Source: Monocercomonoides exilis PA203 (Eukaryota; Protista; Preaxostyla). Taken from it: a DNA stretch of 64,000 nucleotides. The first letter of the stretch is position 1. Each line of letters begins with the position of its first letter. Position numbers and translations under genes: made by a program. The stretch spans positions 1,736,001-1,800,000 of the forward strand of contig LSRY02000006.1 in assembly GCA_001643675.2 (NCBI GenBank), given 5' to 3'. Positions 52,255 through 64,000 of this stretch are shown in pieces. The notes beneath the pieces were generated by a model. That model searched no databases. It was not told where the DNA came from and saw only the letters and a program-made list of their open reading frames with translations.

Positions 52255-52994
52255 AGATTTTCAAATCATATCATCGTCATCAAGAAAGAGACAGAAAAGG
52301 AGTTACCAACCTGATTTTGAATCGTTATGAAAGAAAAGAGATACACAAATTTCCAGTTTAGAAGAGCAAACTTTATGTTCAGATGAAAGTGAAGATGAAG
52401 AAGAACATTACGGATTATTGTTTGATGGATTTCTAAAAGAAAAAGAGGATGAACATATTAGAATATGGGTGATATTTTTTGATATCATTAAAAATTACGA
52501 AGTTTGATCTTAAATTTTTTTCATAATGGGTGGGGTGGCAAAAATTTTTTTATTTGAAATTACAAGAATATATATATATATATTTTTTACAGAAACAACC
52601 TCGAATAAATTATATGTTTTTTTGGTTTATTCGTTCAAAATCAAATGTGAAATTTTTTTTTAACAATAATGTTGAAACATTTTATTATTCTATTTATAAA
52701 CTATTGGAAAACCACTCGAGATAATTTATTCTTTTTAAATTTTGAAGATTTAAAAAAGTGAAAAAAAATTATTCATTTTCAAAACTTTTATTAAAAAAAT
52801 TGAAAAAATTTCTCTCAACATAAGCAGAAAAACAATATAATATTTCACAAAATAATGTCGGAATGTTAAATTTTTGTGCAAATAACGATGGATAAATAAT
52901 CATCTCATAACACTTAAGTCAGACAATTTAATGTTATATAAAATAATTATGGATATGATCATAAGGAAAAAATATTTTTTAGGTATCCCACGAG

Positions 52995-53089
52995 GGTCAC
53001 ACCTTGGGTGGCATTTTTTTTGCACAAATCGATTTGTTGTTATGAGGGTGTGTGAAATATATCAAAAAAAGGGGTACCAAGGTGTGACC
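52995..53089. repeat. Short inverted repeat/hairpin with 13-bp perfect arms
   Basis: ggtcacaccttgg (52995-53007) and ccaaggtgtgacc (53077-53089), extendable inward by T-run/A-run pairing. Confidence 0.75.
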
Positions 53090-53599
53090 TCTTTTTCGAA
53101 AAATGTATCTCAAATTTTCAGATCAAAAATCTGTGAAAAATTTTCGCTTTTTTGTTCTTTCAAGAACGAGAAAATGCTTATATTCTATTAGTGTTCATAC
53201 GCTTCATAATTATTAAAACAACAATATTCATTAAAAATGATTAAAAAAAATGTGTGTTTTGCACTCTTTTCAAAGAGAAAAAATTCCATAACTTTATTTC
53301 AAAATGTTCTTTCAACAATTTTTCTCCACATTGACGTTGCATCGAGGCTTGTTTTTTGTTATTTTATGATAAAAACGCATGTTTTAAAACAAATCTTTCT
53401 TCTAGATAATCAATATGTGTTCTTTCTTTGTTTTAATTGAAAATATTTGTATGATGGCTGTGGAAACGAAGCTGTTTGGCAAAAAACAGTTGAAGGGCAG
53501 TTTGGTCTTTATTAATTTTTCTTTATATGAATATCTGCTTATTAACATTTTTTGTGTTTCTTTCAGGGCAATAGTCGGAAAAGAATGAAAATAAATAAA

Positions 53600-56500
53600 A
53601 GCTTTATATCTCATTGTGCAGGGTGGCTATGGAATTGGGAGAGCGAATTCATACGAAAAGTGTCCAGGATGAAGGGATTGGGAAGGGAATTGGAGATGAT
53701 ATTTTCAGACGAGAAACAAGGATATTTTTCAATGAGAAAGATGAAATTGAAGAAAATACATAAGTTTCACATTTTTCAGAAGAAACAGAAATCGATGGAT
53801 TTAATAGAAAAATGACTTCTGGAAAGGACGATTAGCGAATCAGATGATGAAATATTTGAAAACGAAAGGAATTATGAATTTTTATTGGAGGGAAACAGAT
53901 GCCAACGGAATAAAATATTGAAATTGCCTATAAAAATGTTTAGAAGGTTTGCTGTTGTTATTTTTTTTTTTTTTTTGAAGTGATTATTGTTATTTTTTTA
54001 TTCAGGATGTTGAAAGAATTCGAAATTAGGCGGTTTTGAAGAAGAAAAGTGGGGAAGAACAAATAAAGACGAGCAGACGAAATTCAAGAAATTTCGAAGA
54101 TGTCTGGAATTGGGCTTTGGCAAAGAATTAGTTTTTGAGAAAAGACGATTTTTTGTGAAAGAAGAGGAATTGAAAGCTTAAGAGATGGAATGAAAAAGAG
54201 GAAAAAGGAATTGTCGCATGTTTCTTATTAGCATTAACGATAGAAAGAAGATTAAGAAGAATTAATGATGAATTTGGTGAACACTATAACAAGAAGAACA
54301 TGAAAAATGGAAGAAAAATATTAGAAATAACGTTTCATTGAATTTCTCCATTGAAAATAATTTGCATTCATCTTTAAAATCTTCGATCTTCAATAACCTC
54401 ATAAATGCACTTCTCCTTTTTCTTCAAATGAGACAAATCCATATCTCAGATCTTCTTCTTCTTCCTTATTTTCCTCTTCCTCTTCCTCCTCAACAAAAGC
54501 AAACACTGTCTCCAGAGAAAACACATCTTCTAAGGCACTGATTGTGATGAAGACTGAACTGGAGATAAGCTTCGATTCGACTTTTCGTTTTTCCACCGAA
54601 TGTTTCGTGAGCGGTGCGGTTGTTGGAGTGTTTGAGGAAAACGTGGCAGTGAGGAAGCACAGCATCTTTCCGAACATGCCGCAGAGAGGAGAGGCTGCAG
54701 GGAAGATGATGAAGAACGCAAGAGAGAGAGAGAGAGATTATGAGAAATATGATGGGAGAGGGAGAAGAGGAAGAAGAGGAAGAAGAAGAAGAAGATGATG
54801 ATGAATATGAAGATTATACAAGAGAAGAAGGAGAAACGAGTGATTCCGAAGAAAAAAGGCACAAACACAACAGAAATGCCAAACAGAAGAGACAGAAAGA
54901 AATGAATGATGAGCTGAGCAAGCTGCGGAAGGAAGAATTTGACTGTGGAGAATCGAACTATTTTAGAGAGCAGGTGATCAAAGAAGCAATTGAAGACAGG
55001 CCTGATGCGATGTTTGGGAACAAAATACAGAAAAGAAGGCGAAGCAAAAAGAACACAAACGGAATTCGTCACGAATGCAGACACAGATCCAAGAAATCAT
55101 CGGAATACATCATCATCTTCTTCTTCTTTTTCTTTACACAGCAATTCTCTCCATCGATCTGCTTATTCGGACTCCTTCTATGAAGCGAGTGAAGATGAAA
55201 AAGATGAAGAAAACAACGAAGCAAACGACTTTACAGATGACTCAGATTATCCATAACATGCAAGGCAATCAGCAGAACGAGATGTTCGAATGGATTTTGG
55301 CTGAATCTGCATCTTCCGAGCGAATCAAGTGCGACATTCGCTGATGATGCAGACAAGTGAGTTCACAATAGGCAACTTTGTAGTGTGTGCACCGTCGATT
55401 CGATATGGGCCGCACGGAGAGGAGGAAGAGGAAGAGGAAGAGAATGAGAAGGAAAAGGAGAAGGAGTAGAAAGGAGAGAAAAAGAAGGGAAACAAAGGAA
55501 AAACTGAAAAAGGACTGACTTTTCGAAATTCGAAGGGTACGCAACGGATAAAAATGCAAAAAGAACAGAGAGTGCATTTTTATCACAAAACATACAACAA
55601 AAGATAAACGTCATCATCATCATCACTTGCAAGTTTCGATAAATCTAACACAAATAAATGCGAAGAATCTTCTTCTTCGTATTTTTATTCTTCATCCAGC
55701 CAAGTGATCTATACTGCTTGTTCTCCACACACATATTTCACCACAAATGACTGGGCGCATCTTCTCTCTTCATTCAGCAACCATCCCAAACGATTCTATC
55801 AAGCATAAACATTTTTGGAAGAGCTGTTTCTTCGATAAGGAGAATACATCAACAATTAATGGAAGAGATTCTGAAGAAATGTTATCAGATAAAAGCAGTG
55901 AAGAAGATGAGAAAGAAGAATTCAAGTCACCTGAGAAGCCTAAGATTCATTCACATAAGTCTCAAAATTCAGGTTTTTCTTCTTTTCCTCCTCCTCATTA
56001 TGGAGGCCATCGTCTTCGTCTGATCAACCGACTTGAGTATGTGATGAGTGTGCGGACGCTGCATCTGGTTGAGCGGTAAAACTTAACGCGTTTTGTGCAC
56101 TGGTTAAAAGAGCTGGTGAGATGTGAACTTGTGGAGAATAACTTTGAGCAGGCAGGTGTGGAGCATGAGAAGGAGAATGCAGCGTGGAGGAATAGAACGC
56201 GCTTTGAAGAAGGAGATTCAGAAGAAGAAGAAGAAGAAGAGAAAGAAGAGAAAGAGGAGAAGAAGAAAAAGGAAGAAGGAATTGCTTCTACAACTTCTTC
56301 TTCTTCTTCTTCTTCTGGTAACAGCAAGATTGATCAAGCGACTCTATCAGAAGAATTCAGCAACTTACAGCCAATACAGGGCTGGTGAGTGAATATTCTT
56401 CAGAAGATACCTTTCAATCAAAAGAACTTCAAAAGAAGAAAGAGCGAATATGATGAAAACAATGCTTACATAAATTTAATTGCTTCAACCATTGATCAGT

Positions 56501-58800
56501 CAAGACACCTCAAATTCCCGTTTTCTGGCTCCGTCCTGAAGCATCTTCTGCTCACCCACTGGTTCACCAACTTCCATCAAATCAATCCAGTTTTTATTCT
56601 TGTTGTTCCTTGCCTAACTCTTCCCTCTATCTCTGATATCTTCCATCCATTATCCATCAAAGACGACTCAGAAAACAAACAGTATTCTTTCACTGTGCAA
56701 TACCGCATCATATATCTGAAGAATGCAGAATCGATTATGCCTATCAGACTGGGGCTGGAGAAGATGCTGTGTGCTATTAACACACTCCTGCATGTTGTCT
56801 TTCACAACGCATGTGACAACAACAAAAACAAAAACAGCGAAAAATACAAAAGCCAATCTAATTCGATTTCAACTTCTTTTTCTTCATTCTCTTTCCCTCT
56901 CTCTTCTTCTTCTTTTTCTTCTTCTTCTTCCACATCCCATTCCATTATATCATCATCTCTGATGCATTATCCAATTTGTATTGTAAATTTCGACTGAATT
57001 TGAAGCAATGCGTTGTTTTACGTTCAGATCTTCCCATTTGCTGTTCAATCGATCAAATGAAGAACAGATGAATTTGCAGATGAAGATGAAGGATCAAGAA
57101 TTTACTCCGAGTTAAGGGAGAGAAATAGAAAGAGAAGGAGAAATGAATGAAGAAAATGAGGAAAAGAAATATGATTTAATGTAAGAAGAAAGAAACGCCA
57201 TGTATGATGATTCCGATGATTACGAGAACACTAAACGAACAATCAGGAAAAATCGCACCAAATATGATAAAAAAAGAAGAAGCAGAAGCATACATTACGT
57301 CAACAACAGCATTTTTTAAACGGCAATACAATTTTCTATAAAAATTCTAGAAGTTATTATTAACCGCGAGTTTTGTTGGCATCTGCTAGGGCTGTTTATT
57401 ATTCGTTCGCTCCTCCACCTGCACCGTTATTGCAAGCTGAAAATAGGTGCAACTGCAGAAAATATAAAGGAAAATATTTCATTTCTTTTTGAGAACAGAA
57501 AGAAAAACAGCTTAAAAGAAGATAAAGCGAGACGAATGAAAGACGGAAACAAATGACTGTAACGGAGACATTTTCGTTTGATTAATACATTAAGTGACAA
57601 AAAAGGTAACTTTGTGCAAATTTCCATTAACTCATTTGTTTTCTTCTGCTATTCTCAACTGCATCTTCGTATTCATTCACAGGCACAGAATAAACAGCAA
57701 TCTACTTATTCTTCTTCTTCTTCTCTTTCCTCTGCTTTTCCACTTGGTTTGCTTTCTTCCCATTCTGCATGTCTTCATCTACACAGAAGTTGGGCTGGCT
57801 ATCAGATGAAGAGTTCTATTGAGCCAGAGACAAAAGGGAAAGATGAACCTTATTTTTTAATAATCACAAGAATTCTGATTCATTTTGTTGAGTGCTCAGA
57901 TCGAAAGGGACAGAAAGAGGAGAAAATGAAGAGGTGAAATGATGATTTGGAAGATGAAGGAGGTCTAGGAAATGAGGGAGATTGAGGTAAATTGCCATCA
58001 ATGCAGATGAAAGGAGGTTATAAAAGAAATTTAGAAAAGAAATTAACAAAGAACTTGAAAAAGTCAGAAAAGGAAACGAAGAAGAAGAGAGTGAAAGTGA
58101 AAGAGAAGGAAGAAGATGCTGAGAACAATACCCAAACACGAAAACCTCAGAATCTTTAGAAGGATCATTGGATGACCAAATTTATTCGTCAAAATCTGAA
58201 CAATTTGAAGGAGCGGCTGCTGAAAGAACGGAGCAGCAAAAATTTTGTCTTCTTTTATATCATCTTCATTCTAATCGTCATCACGGCCAGTTGATTGTGA
58301 GGCAACTGAATGTTGCTATATCCAAATATCTTGCTCTTTTGCTTCCTCTTCTTCGGATGTGGAGAAAGAAGCAGCAGATGAAACATGTTCAAATGTAACT
58401 TCGATCACTTTCATTACAAAACCTCCTTTGACTGCCACCAATCTTCTTCCTCTTCTTCTTCGTCGTCGTCCTCCTCTTCCTCCTCTTCTGTTTCTTCTTC
58501 TTCATATTCTTCATAATCTTCTTCTTCTTCCTCTTCTTCCTCTTCTTCTTCCTCTTCTTCTTCCTCCTCCTTTACCTCCTCTTCTTCTTCTTGTATTTCA
58601 TCTTCTTTGTGTGCATAAACATCATATATCTCCACTTTTTCATTATCATCTCTCACTTCATTTGATTGGATTTCTTCTTTTTTTTTCCTCATCCTTATAT
58701 GGGATGATTACAGAAAGAAAGAAGAAGGGTATTTCTGAAGAAAAAAAACAGTTAAAAATGAGAAGAAGATTGAAAAGTCAATGAAGAGAATAAAGATAAA
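53600..58800 (+). pseudogene. Decayed coding-like cargo: acidic/Ser-rich gene fragments of unknown family
   Basis: Raised GC and codon-like GAA/TCT tracts. Short protein-like ORFs (55747..56079, 56095..56388, 56389..56997) are broken by frequent stops. Boundaries approximate. Confidence 0.45.
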
Positions 58801-60049
58801 GAGATAGAAAATTTCGTTTAGACAGGATATGATGAATGGAAATTGGTAAGTGAAAATTGCTGAGATTTCAAAAAATGAGGAAGTTAAATGGAAATGGGGA
58901 GAAGTTGGAGGAGAAGAAGATGATGAACCAGAACAGGAAACAATGTGGCAGGAAGGAATACGTTGAATATCTGAATCATTCTATCTGTTGCTTCTTTTTC
59001 ATGAGCGTTATGGAGCACAGATACGAAGAATGTGGAAGTGCGCTGAGATATGATACTGTTGAGAGAACATTAGCGGTTGAGAAGCCACAAGGAGGTGCGG
59101 GAGAGCATGCCATCACCTCTCCAGGGAAAGGTAATAATGAGAGAACAGCGAGAAGGAGGTGATGTTTTTGCAAGCGGATTAATTATTAGGGAAGACGGGG
59201 CTATTGGTGAACTTACAGCAGTTGATACAAGCAAGTGTTTCTGCGGAGACTATGTTCGGCTGTTCTTCTTTTGTAATGAATCAGAAAGGCTCTTCATTCA
59301 CAGACACTCTCTTATGAATCAGATGCAGTGTCCAATGGATACTTGTGGCAGCTGCAGAGCGAATCCATATATTGAGCATGTCTCGAGTACAGCTATAGAT
59401 CAATGGATAAACGCGACTGCGCTCCCAAAGAATGTAGAAGTTCTTTTGGAGAAAGGTGCAGTTTGAGATACACTGGAGACATGCTGCTGTTTCATTCGTA
59501 TATGTTGTTGATAAGGTTTCCAATCAAGATGGTAGTTAAGACGGAGTGCATCAAGCTGAAGTGACTTTCTGATATTTTAATTCCAAAAAGATAAATAAGA
59601 ACAATTATACCGCTTTCAATTGCGATATACGTTGAGATAAGATGCTGTGCTGAACTATAGGATTCACCATAAAAAGCGAATTCGATTGAAGCAGCATTTT
59701 GTGTAGAGATGTTGATGTTGGAGAGAAAGACGCAGGAATTGGGAAGAGCACGAAGATCGGATTGGAAGAGGCTCAGATATCTTCTTCAAGCACAAAGAAG
59801 TATGTGGTTGAGGTGAAGATGCTTATCGGAAGGAGAAAGGAGAGAGGAGGACACAGCAAGAGATACGACGAGGAAGGAGAAGAGGGAAGAGCGAGCGAAG
59901 GAGTATGAATAATGGGAAAAGATGTGATAGCAAATGAGGATGCAGCTTGTGAGATATTACATCAGCGAGTTGGCGAAGGATAAATGAGCAGGAACAAGAC
60001 ATTAAGAGACAGATATGATTCGAATGTTGGAAATACAAAATAAACTTTT

Positions 60050-60600
60050 GATACGGAGGACATCTGCGGAGGTGGGGCTCAGGGGGCAAGCGGGGAGCCG
60101 CAATGATGCGCAGAGGAGCCGATGTCTTGATTGACAAATATCTGGTAATCCCAATAGAATGTGATGAAGGTGACTTTGTTGAAATCGAGATCGGGGTTGG
60201 GGTCTGTGTGGGAGAAGTCAAACTCGCAGATTGACGTGTTTCAAGCGAAAGAATGCTGAGTGAAGCCGAAGGAAAAGAGGGACTAGTTGATTTGGGCAGG
60301 AATGGAGGAGCATCGGAGAAAGAGTTCCTTTCCCATGAATACATTATTCAAGACGAAGCAGAAGTTGAGGATGCATTCGGACAAGTGCAGCTACGACTTC
60401 TCGCAGTTGAGGAACACCATTGCAACTCCGCCCTCAGAAAACTCTTCGCTCACATAGCTGGTGAACACATATGCCTCAGAAGCGCAGTCAAAGGCACATC
60501 ACCTTTCCAAATTAACACAAGAGCTGCTCAGTTGGATAAGCGCACAATGTTTGTATTATTGGAGGAGTGAAAAACGATTATTGTTCTTTGATCTGGGGCA
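60050..60600 (-). pseudogene. Decayed internal fragment of the beta-helix receptor family; probably extends ~59000-60950
   Basis: A minus frame reads EGGVAMVFLNCEKS*..LNFCFVLNNVFMGKELFLRCSSIPAQIN*SLFSF..NTSICEFD..FITFYWDYQIFVN..HCGSPLAP*. This is collinear with GRGGGAYIKS..LNFFF..VGNDVFVECINIENQINETQF..ENAIYGID..LITVYMADMIVVS..QCGPPSYPC of the 3649-11540 gene. Confidence 0.7.
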
Positions 60601-63112
60601 GACAAGCCAGCCAGAGAAGCGGAGCCGTCCAGAGCAGATGGGCAGATAGCCACGAGGGAATTGCAAGGGAGCCAAGAGGTAGAGACTGAGAGGAATTAAA
60701 GTTTTGATGAAGTGGATGCAGAAACGGATATGATAATGATGAAGAGGCGAGGGAGTAGTTTTCGAGAGACGTACGCTCTTCTGCTACATCAACCATTGCA
60801 TTCGCTAAGCTTTTTTGTTAAGCCCGTATGGAAAAGGAGCGTCGCGAAAAAAGGAGAGGAGCATCGGGTGTGGATATCTGGATGATGGATAAGAGACGAG
60901 GGAGAAATATGGAGAGTCAACGGAGAAACGAAGGGAGGAAAATAAGATGAAGATGTTCGTGCGATAGAAGCTTTTTTAGTGTTAAAATCCAAAATTGACA
61001 AATTTCTATTCAATTTTTATAATTTTCTTTGTTATTTTTCTATTTCTTTGTTTGATCAATTTATAAGAATTACTAATTTAAAGAATTTTTTGTTTCTAAA
61101 CAAAAACAAACAGCAAACTGTTGTATATCTGATAAATATCTTGTTTAACTAAAATCTTTTTCGATGTTAATTTTTGAAAATTGTTCATTTTCAATAAATG
61201 TTTTAAGATCTTCAATATCAATTTGAAGTTTACTTTGCAATAACATCATAAAACTAATTTTTTATAAGAAATTGATAAATTGCATAATGTTAGAATTATT
61301 ATTTGTTATACAAACCAGTGAACTTTTGTTTTTTTCTGTTAATCATATTTTCGAGATTTTTTGAAAAATTTTTAATGTATTTTCAAAATTTTAAATAAAA
61401 ACAATTGGAAAGAAATTAAAATCAACAAATAATTAATGATGATAATATATTGAACTATATTTTAGCAAATTGAAACAAAAATATGTTCTATTCAACCCCA
61501 CCCTTAATGAAAAAATATTTTGATCAAACTTCGTTAATTTTTATGAAATCAAAAAAAATCACCCATATCAAAAGAAACAGTCATCGAATAGGGAAATTTG
61601 ATTTCATCTCACATAAGCACAGTTTCGAAAAGAGGGCAAAAGAAAATTCTTTCCATTCACGATCAATTGGTTGTTTCTTAGAATGGTTATCAAGCAAAAC
61701 AACTATTAAAGGCATCGCAGGTTTTCTTGGATTATCGGAAACAATGGCCAGCAACAGCATTCGAGAGATCAGGCCATATTTGCTTAAAGTGTTGGACGAG
61801 ATTTTCAAAAATCCGCCCAGACCTCCAAAGTTCATTTCCGAAGAATTTCCATCTGTTGCCTAACTTGTTGATGCCACCACAATCAGATGCTCAGTTCCAG
61901 TTGGAGACTTTGATGATGCAAGGCAATTGTTTGATGGACACCACTACGCTTACAGCATGAAAATAGAAGTTGCAGTATCAGCCTGGCCTCCATTCAAAGA
62001 GTTGTTTGTTTCGGAATCAGTTCCTGGAGGTGTTCATGACGTTACCCTTTTCAAAAGTGGCAAGCATAGGTATGTTGAATACCTAAAAAAAAAAAAGAAG
62101 AAGAAGAAAAGCTAGGAAATTCAGTGCACAATCAAAATGGAAGTTGGCCAATAATGGCTGATAAGGGGCATCAAGGCCATTTCATTGATATCAACGTAAT
62201 AACTCCCATCAAAAGAATTCATAAAGCAAACAAAACTTTGAATGAAAAAGAATTCAAACGTTCAGAATCTGAATCGGTTTATTCTCTCTCTTCAACACAG
62301 CTTTCTTCTTTCTCTTCTCCTCAACCTCCTTCACTCTCTTCTCAACCTTCATTTATGTCTTTATTTGTTTCTCCATTATTATCTTTTCCTTCTGCTTCTT
62401 CATCTTTATCAATCTCTCCTCCAGCAGACAATTTTTTCATCGTTCCTGCATCAGTTGCAACTTCTTCAACTCAATCAGAAATGTTATTCACAAAACCAGG
62501 GATGAGCGTTATGACTGCTTAAGAAGTGGAAATTTTCAATAAGAAAGTTGCAAAACACAGAATTCCTGTAGAGTGGTTTTTCTGTCGAATGAAAAGATTA
62601 TGGCTCCGAATGTCAGAAAAATACACAGGTCCACGAGAAGATTTTGCAGCTGATGCAAAGATCGCATGCTAGCTCACGAACATTGTGATCGATAACAACT
62701 CTTTAGAAGCAGATGATGTAATTTTTTTTTGAAAAGTTTCAGAATTTTCAAATAGTAAAGAAACGGAAAGAAAATAGATTCAAGAAATAAATGCAAGGGC
62801 AAGAATGGAAAGAAAAATGATAAGGAAAGCCTCCAAATAATATGAGTTTGAATATTTTTCGACATATATCTGAAGATCAAATGTTAAAAGAGGAATGATT
62901 GTAATTTTTTTATAATAAATATTTTTTGCAAGTAATTTTTAACATTATTTTTTTCATTAACGATGAAAAGTTTTTGAAAGTAAAAAATTGCATGCTTTTG
63001 TGCAAATATTTTCATTCAATATTAAAAATAAATCTATTCTTTTTTAAAATTTTGATGATCGTTTCGATCTCGATATATCTTTGAATATATATAATTTTTT
63101 TATTTGAAACAT

Positions 63113-63369
63113 GGGTAATTATTTTTGAAATCATATTTTTTCATTCGAAAAATTAGGTGCATAAATATTTCTTGAATATCAAATAAAATTTTTTTTAAAA
63201 TGAAAGAGCTTATTGAATGCATTTTAATTATTGATTAGGAAAAACCATTTGTTTTTAAAAACAATTATCAAGCTTTTTCTCTTTTTAATTAATATCTTCT
63301 TTGAAAAAACTAACAATTTTCGAAAAATCAACACCCCGAAAAAAGGAACGATTTCAAAAATAATCACCA
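63113..63369 (+). mobile_element. GGGT-TIR MITE copy E (257 bp), TSD ACAT, terminal C mutated to A
   Basis: gggtaattatttttgaaatcata ... acaccccgaaaaaaggaacgatttcaaaaataatcacca; ACAT at 63109-63112 and 63370-63373. Interior aligns by eye with copy A (ttttttcattc, agcttatt, ttgattagg). Confidence 0.9.
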
Positions 63370-64000
63370 ACATTTTCATTTAAAACCTTGATGAACAAGA
63401 ATCACTTAACGAAAGTGTATGAAGGATATATATATCTGTCAAGTATTTTTTCAATTATAATGATTTGTTTTTCATGTCAGCCCTTTCGATGCATTTTTTT
63501 TCGAAGCATTTTTGAAAGCTTGCTGAACCTCACATCGATTATTTTATTTGATTAAATAAATGATAAAAGGTGCTTGACGGCATTTTGTTCTTTAAAAAAC
63601 ATGTTCATTTCTGAGACGATAATTTGCGTAATGAATAAAGGTGATAATTTGATTTTTTATTCATTTCTGATTTCTGCTTTCTTTTTCTATGGACACTTTT
63701 ATCCTTGCTTATGAAGGAGTTCATTTTTTGTTCATAAACTTTTATTTCAAAATGTTTTTTTATTTGATTCCTTCTGATGAAAAGATATTAATATTTGACA
63801 TTCTTTTCAAACAGAAGTTATTGAATTGTTTTTAAAAAAATTTTTTTGAGATAACAACAAGATTATTGACTGTTATTTCTTGAAAAGCTTATAACAACAT
63901 ATTTGTCAAGAAGTTTGAAAAACAATTTATATGAGAATTATCTGATGAATATGAAAACAACTATTTTTTCCAAAAAATTATGAAAAATTAACTTTTGAAT

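Larger units (their letters stand above)
52467..61564. mobile_element. 9,098-bp non-autonomous cargo-carrying (Pack-type) TIR element, TSD ATAT
   Basis: 70-bp TIRs at 52467-52536 and 61495-61564 (59/70 identical, ungapped) start gggtgat.ttttttgat.tcat. ATAT at 52463-52466 and 61565-61568. Removing it rejoins the transposase HTH region. Confidence 0.9.
51702..62840 (+). pseudogene. DDE_Tnp_4-type (PIF/Harbinger-ISL2EU/IS5 group) transposase pseudogene split by two nested insertions (pieces ~51702-51998, 52259-52466, 61569-62840)
   Basis: The joined empty sites read ...IPDFQIISS...DEHIRISKETVIE*GNLISSHISTVSKRGQKKILSIHDQLVV/FLEWLSSKTTIKGIAGFLGLSETMASNSIREIRPYL (HTH) ... LVDATT ... YSMKIEVAV ... 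GGVHDVTLF ... WPIMADKGHQG ... FNKKVAKHRIPVEWFFCRMKRLW. Several stops and two frameshifts. Confidence 0.85.

Noticed and set aside
59077-60570. Plus-strand ORFs as a retrotransposon or DIRS gene
   Set aside because: No RT, RNase H or tyrosine-recombinase motifs; the minus strand matches the beta-helix receptor family.
61483-61568. ATG at 61483 as the transposase start
   Set aside because: These codons lie inside the 9.1-kb element, mostly in its right TIR; the true upstream part is at 51702-52466.
1-64000. tRNA, rRNA, CRISPR arrays and telomeric repeats
   Set aside because: None recognised by eye; no covariance-model search was possible.

Overview
AT-rich, intron-containing eukaryotic DNA in the standard genetic code. 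The gene families and poly-Ser-rich proteins suggest an oxymonad such as Monocercomonoides (inference, no search run). 1-4414 is a near-perfect palindrome duplicating the 3' end of a ~2,630-aa beta-helix/TM/pseudokinase receptor gene (3649-11540, one frameshift). 12-47 kb is gene-dense: Kelch-BTB protein, a catalytically dead ALDH3-like protein, a bacterial-type GNAT-like protein, an 8-TM double tetraspanin, VPS35L, a CSPP1-like protein, a Ser-rich orphan, a short RPL6 and a USP4/11/15-like deubiquitinase. 47-64 kb is a graveyard of pseudogenes and transposons. The main finding is a family of TIR elements starting GGGT with 4-bp ANNT target-site duplications. It includes five 255-257 bp MITEs with divergent interiors but fixed length, and one 9,098-bp element (52467-61564; 70-bp TIRs, ATAT TSD) carrying host-gene fragments. 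That element and one MITE split a PIF/Harbinger-ISL2EU-type (DDE_Tnp_4) transposase gene, which can be rebuilt across the empty sites. The palindrome at the window start ends at a MITE terminus, which suggests this family also duplicates the receptor genes.
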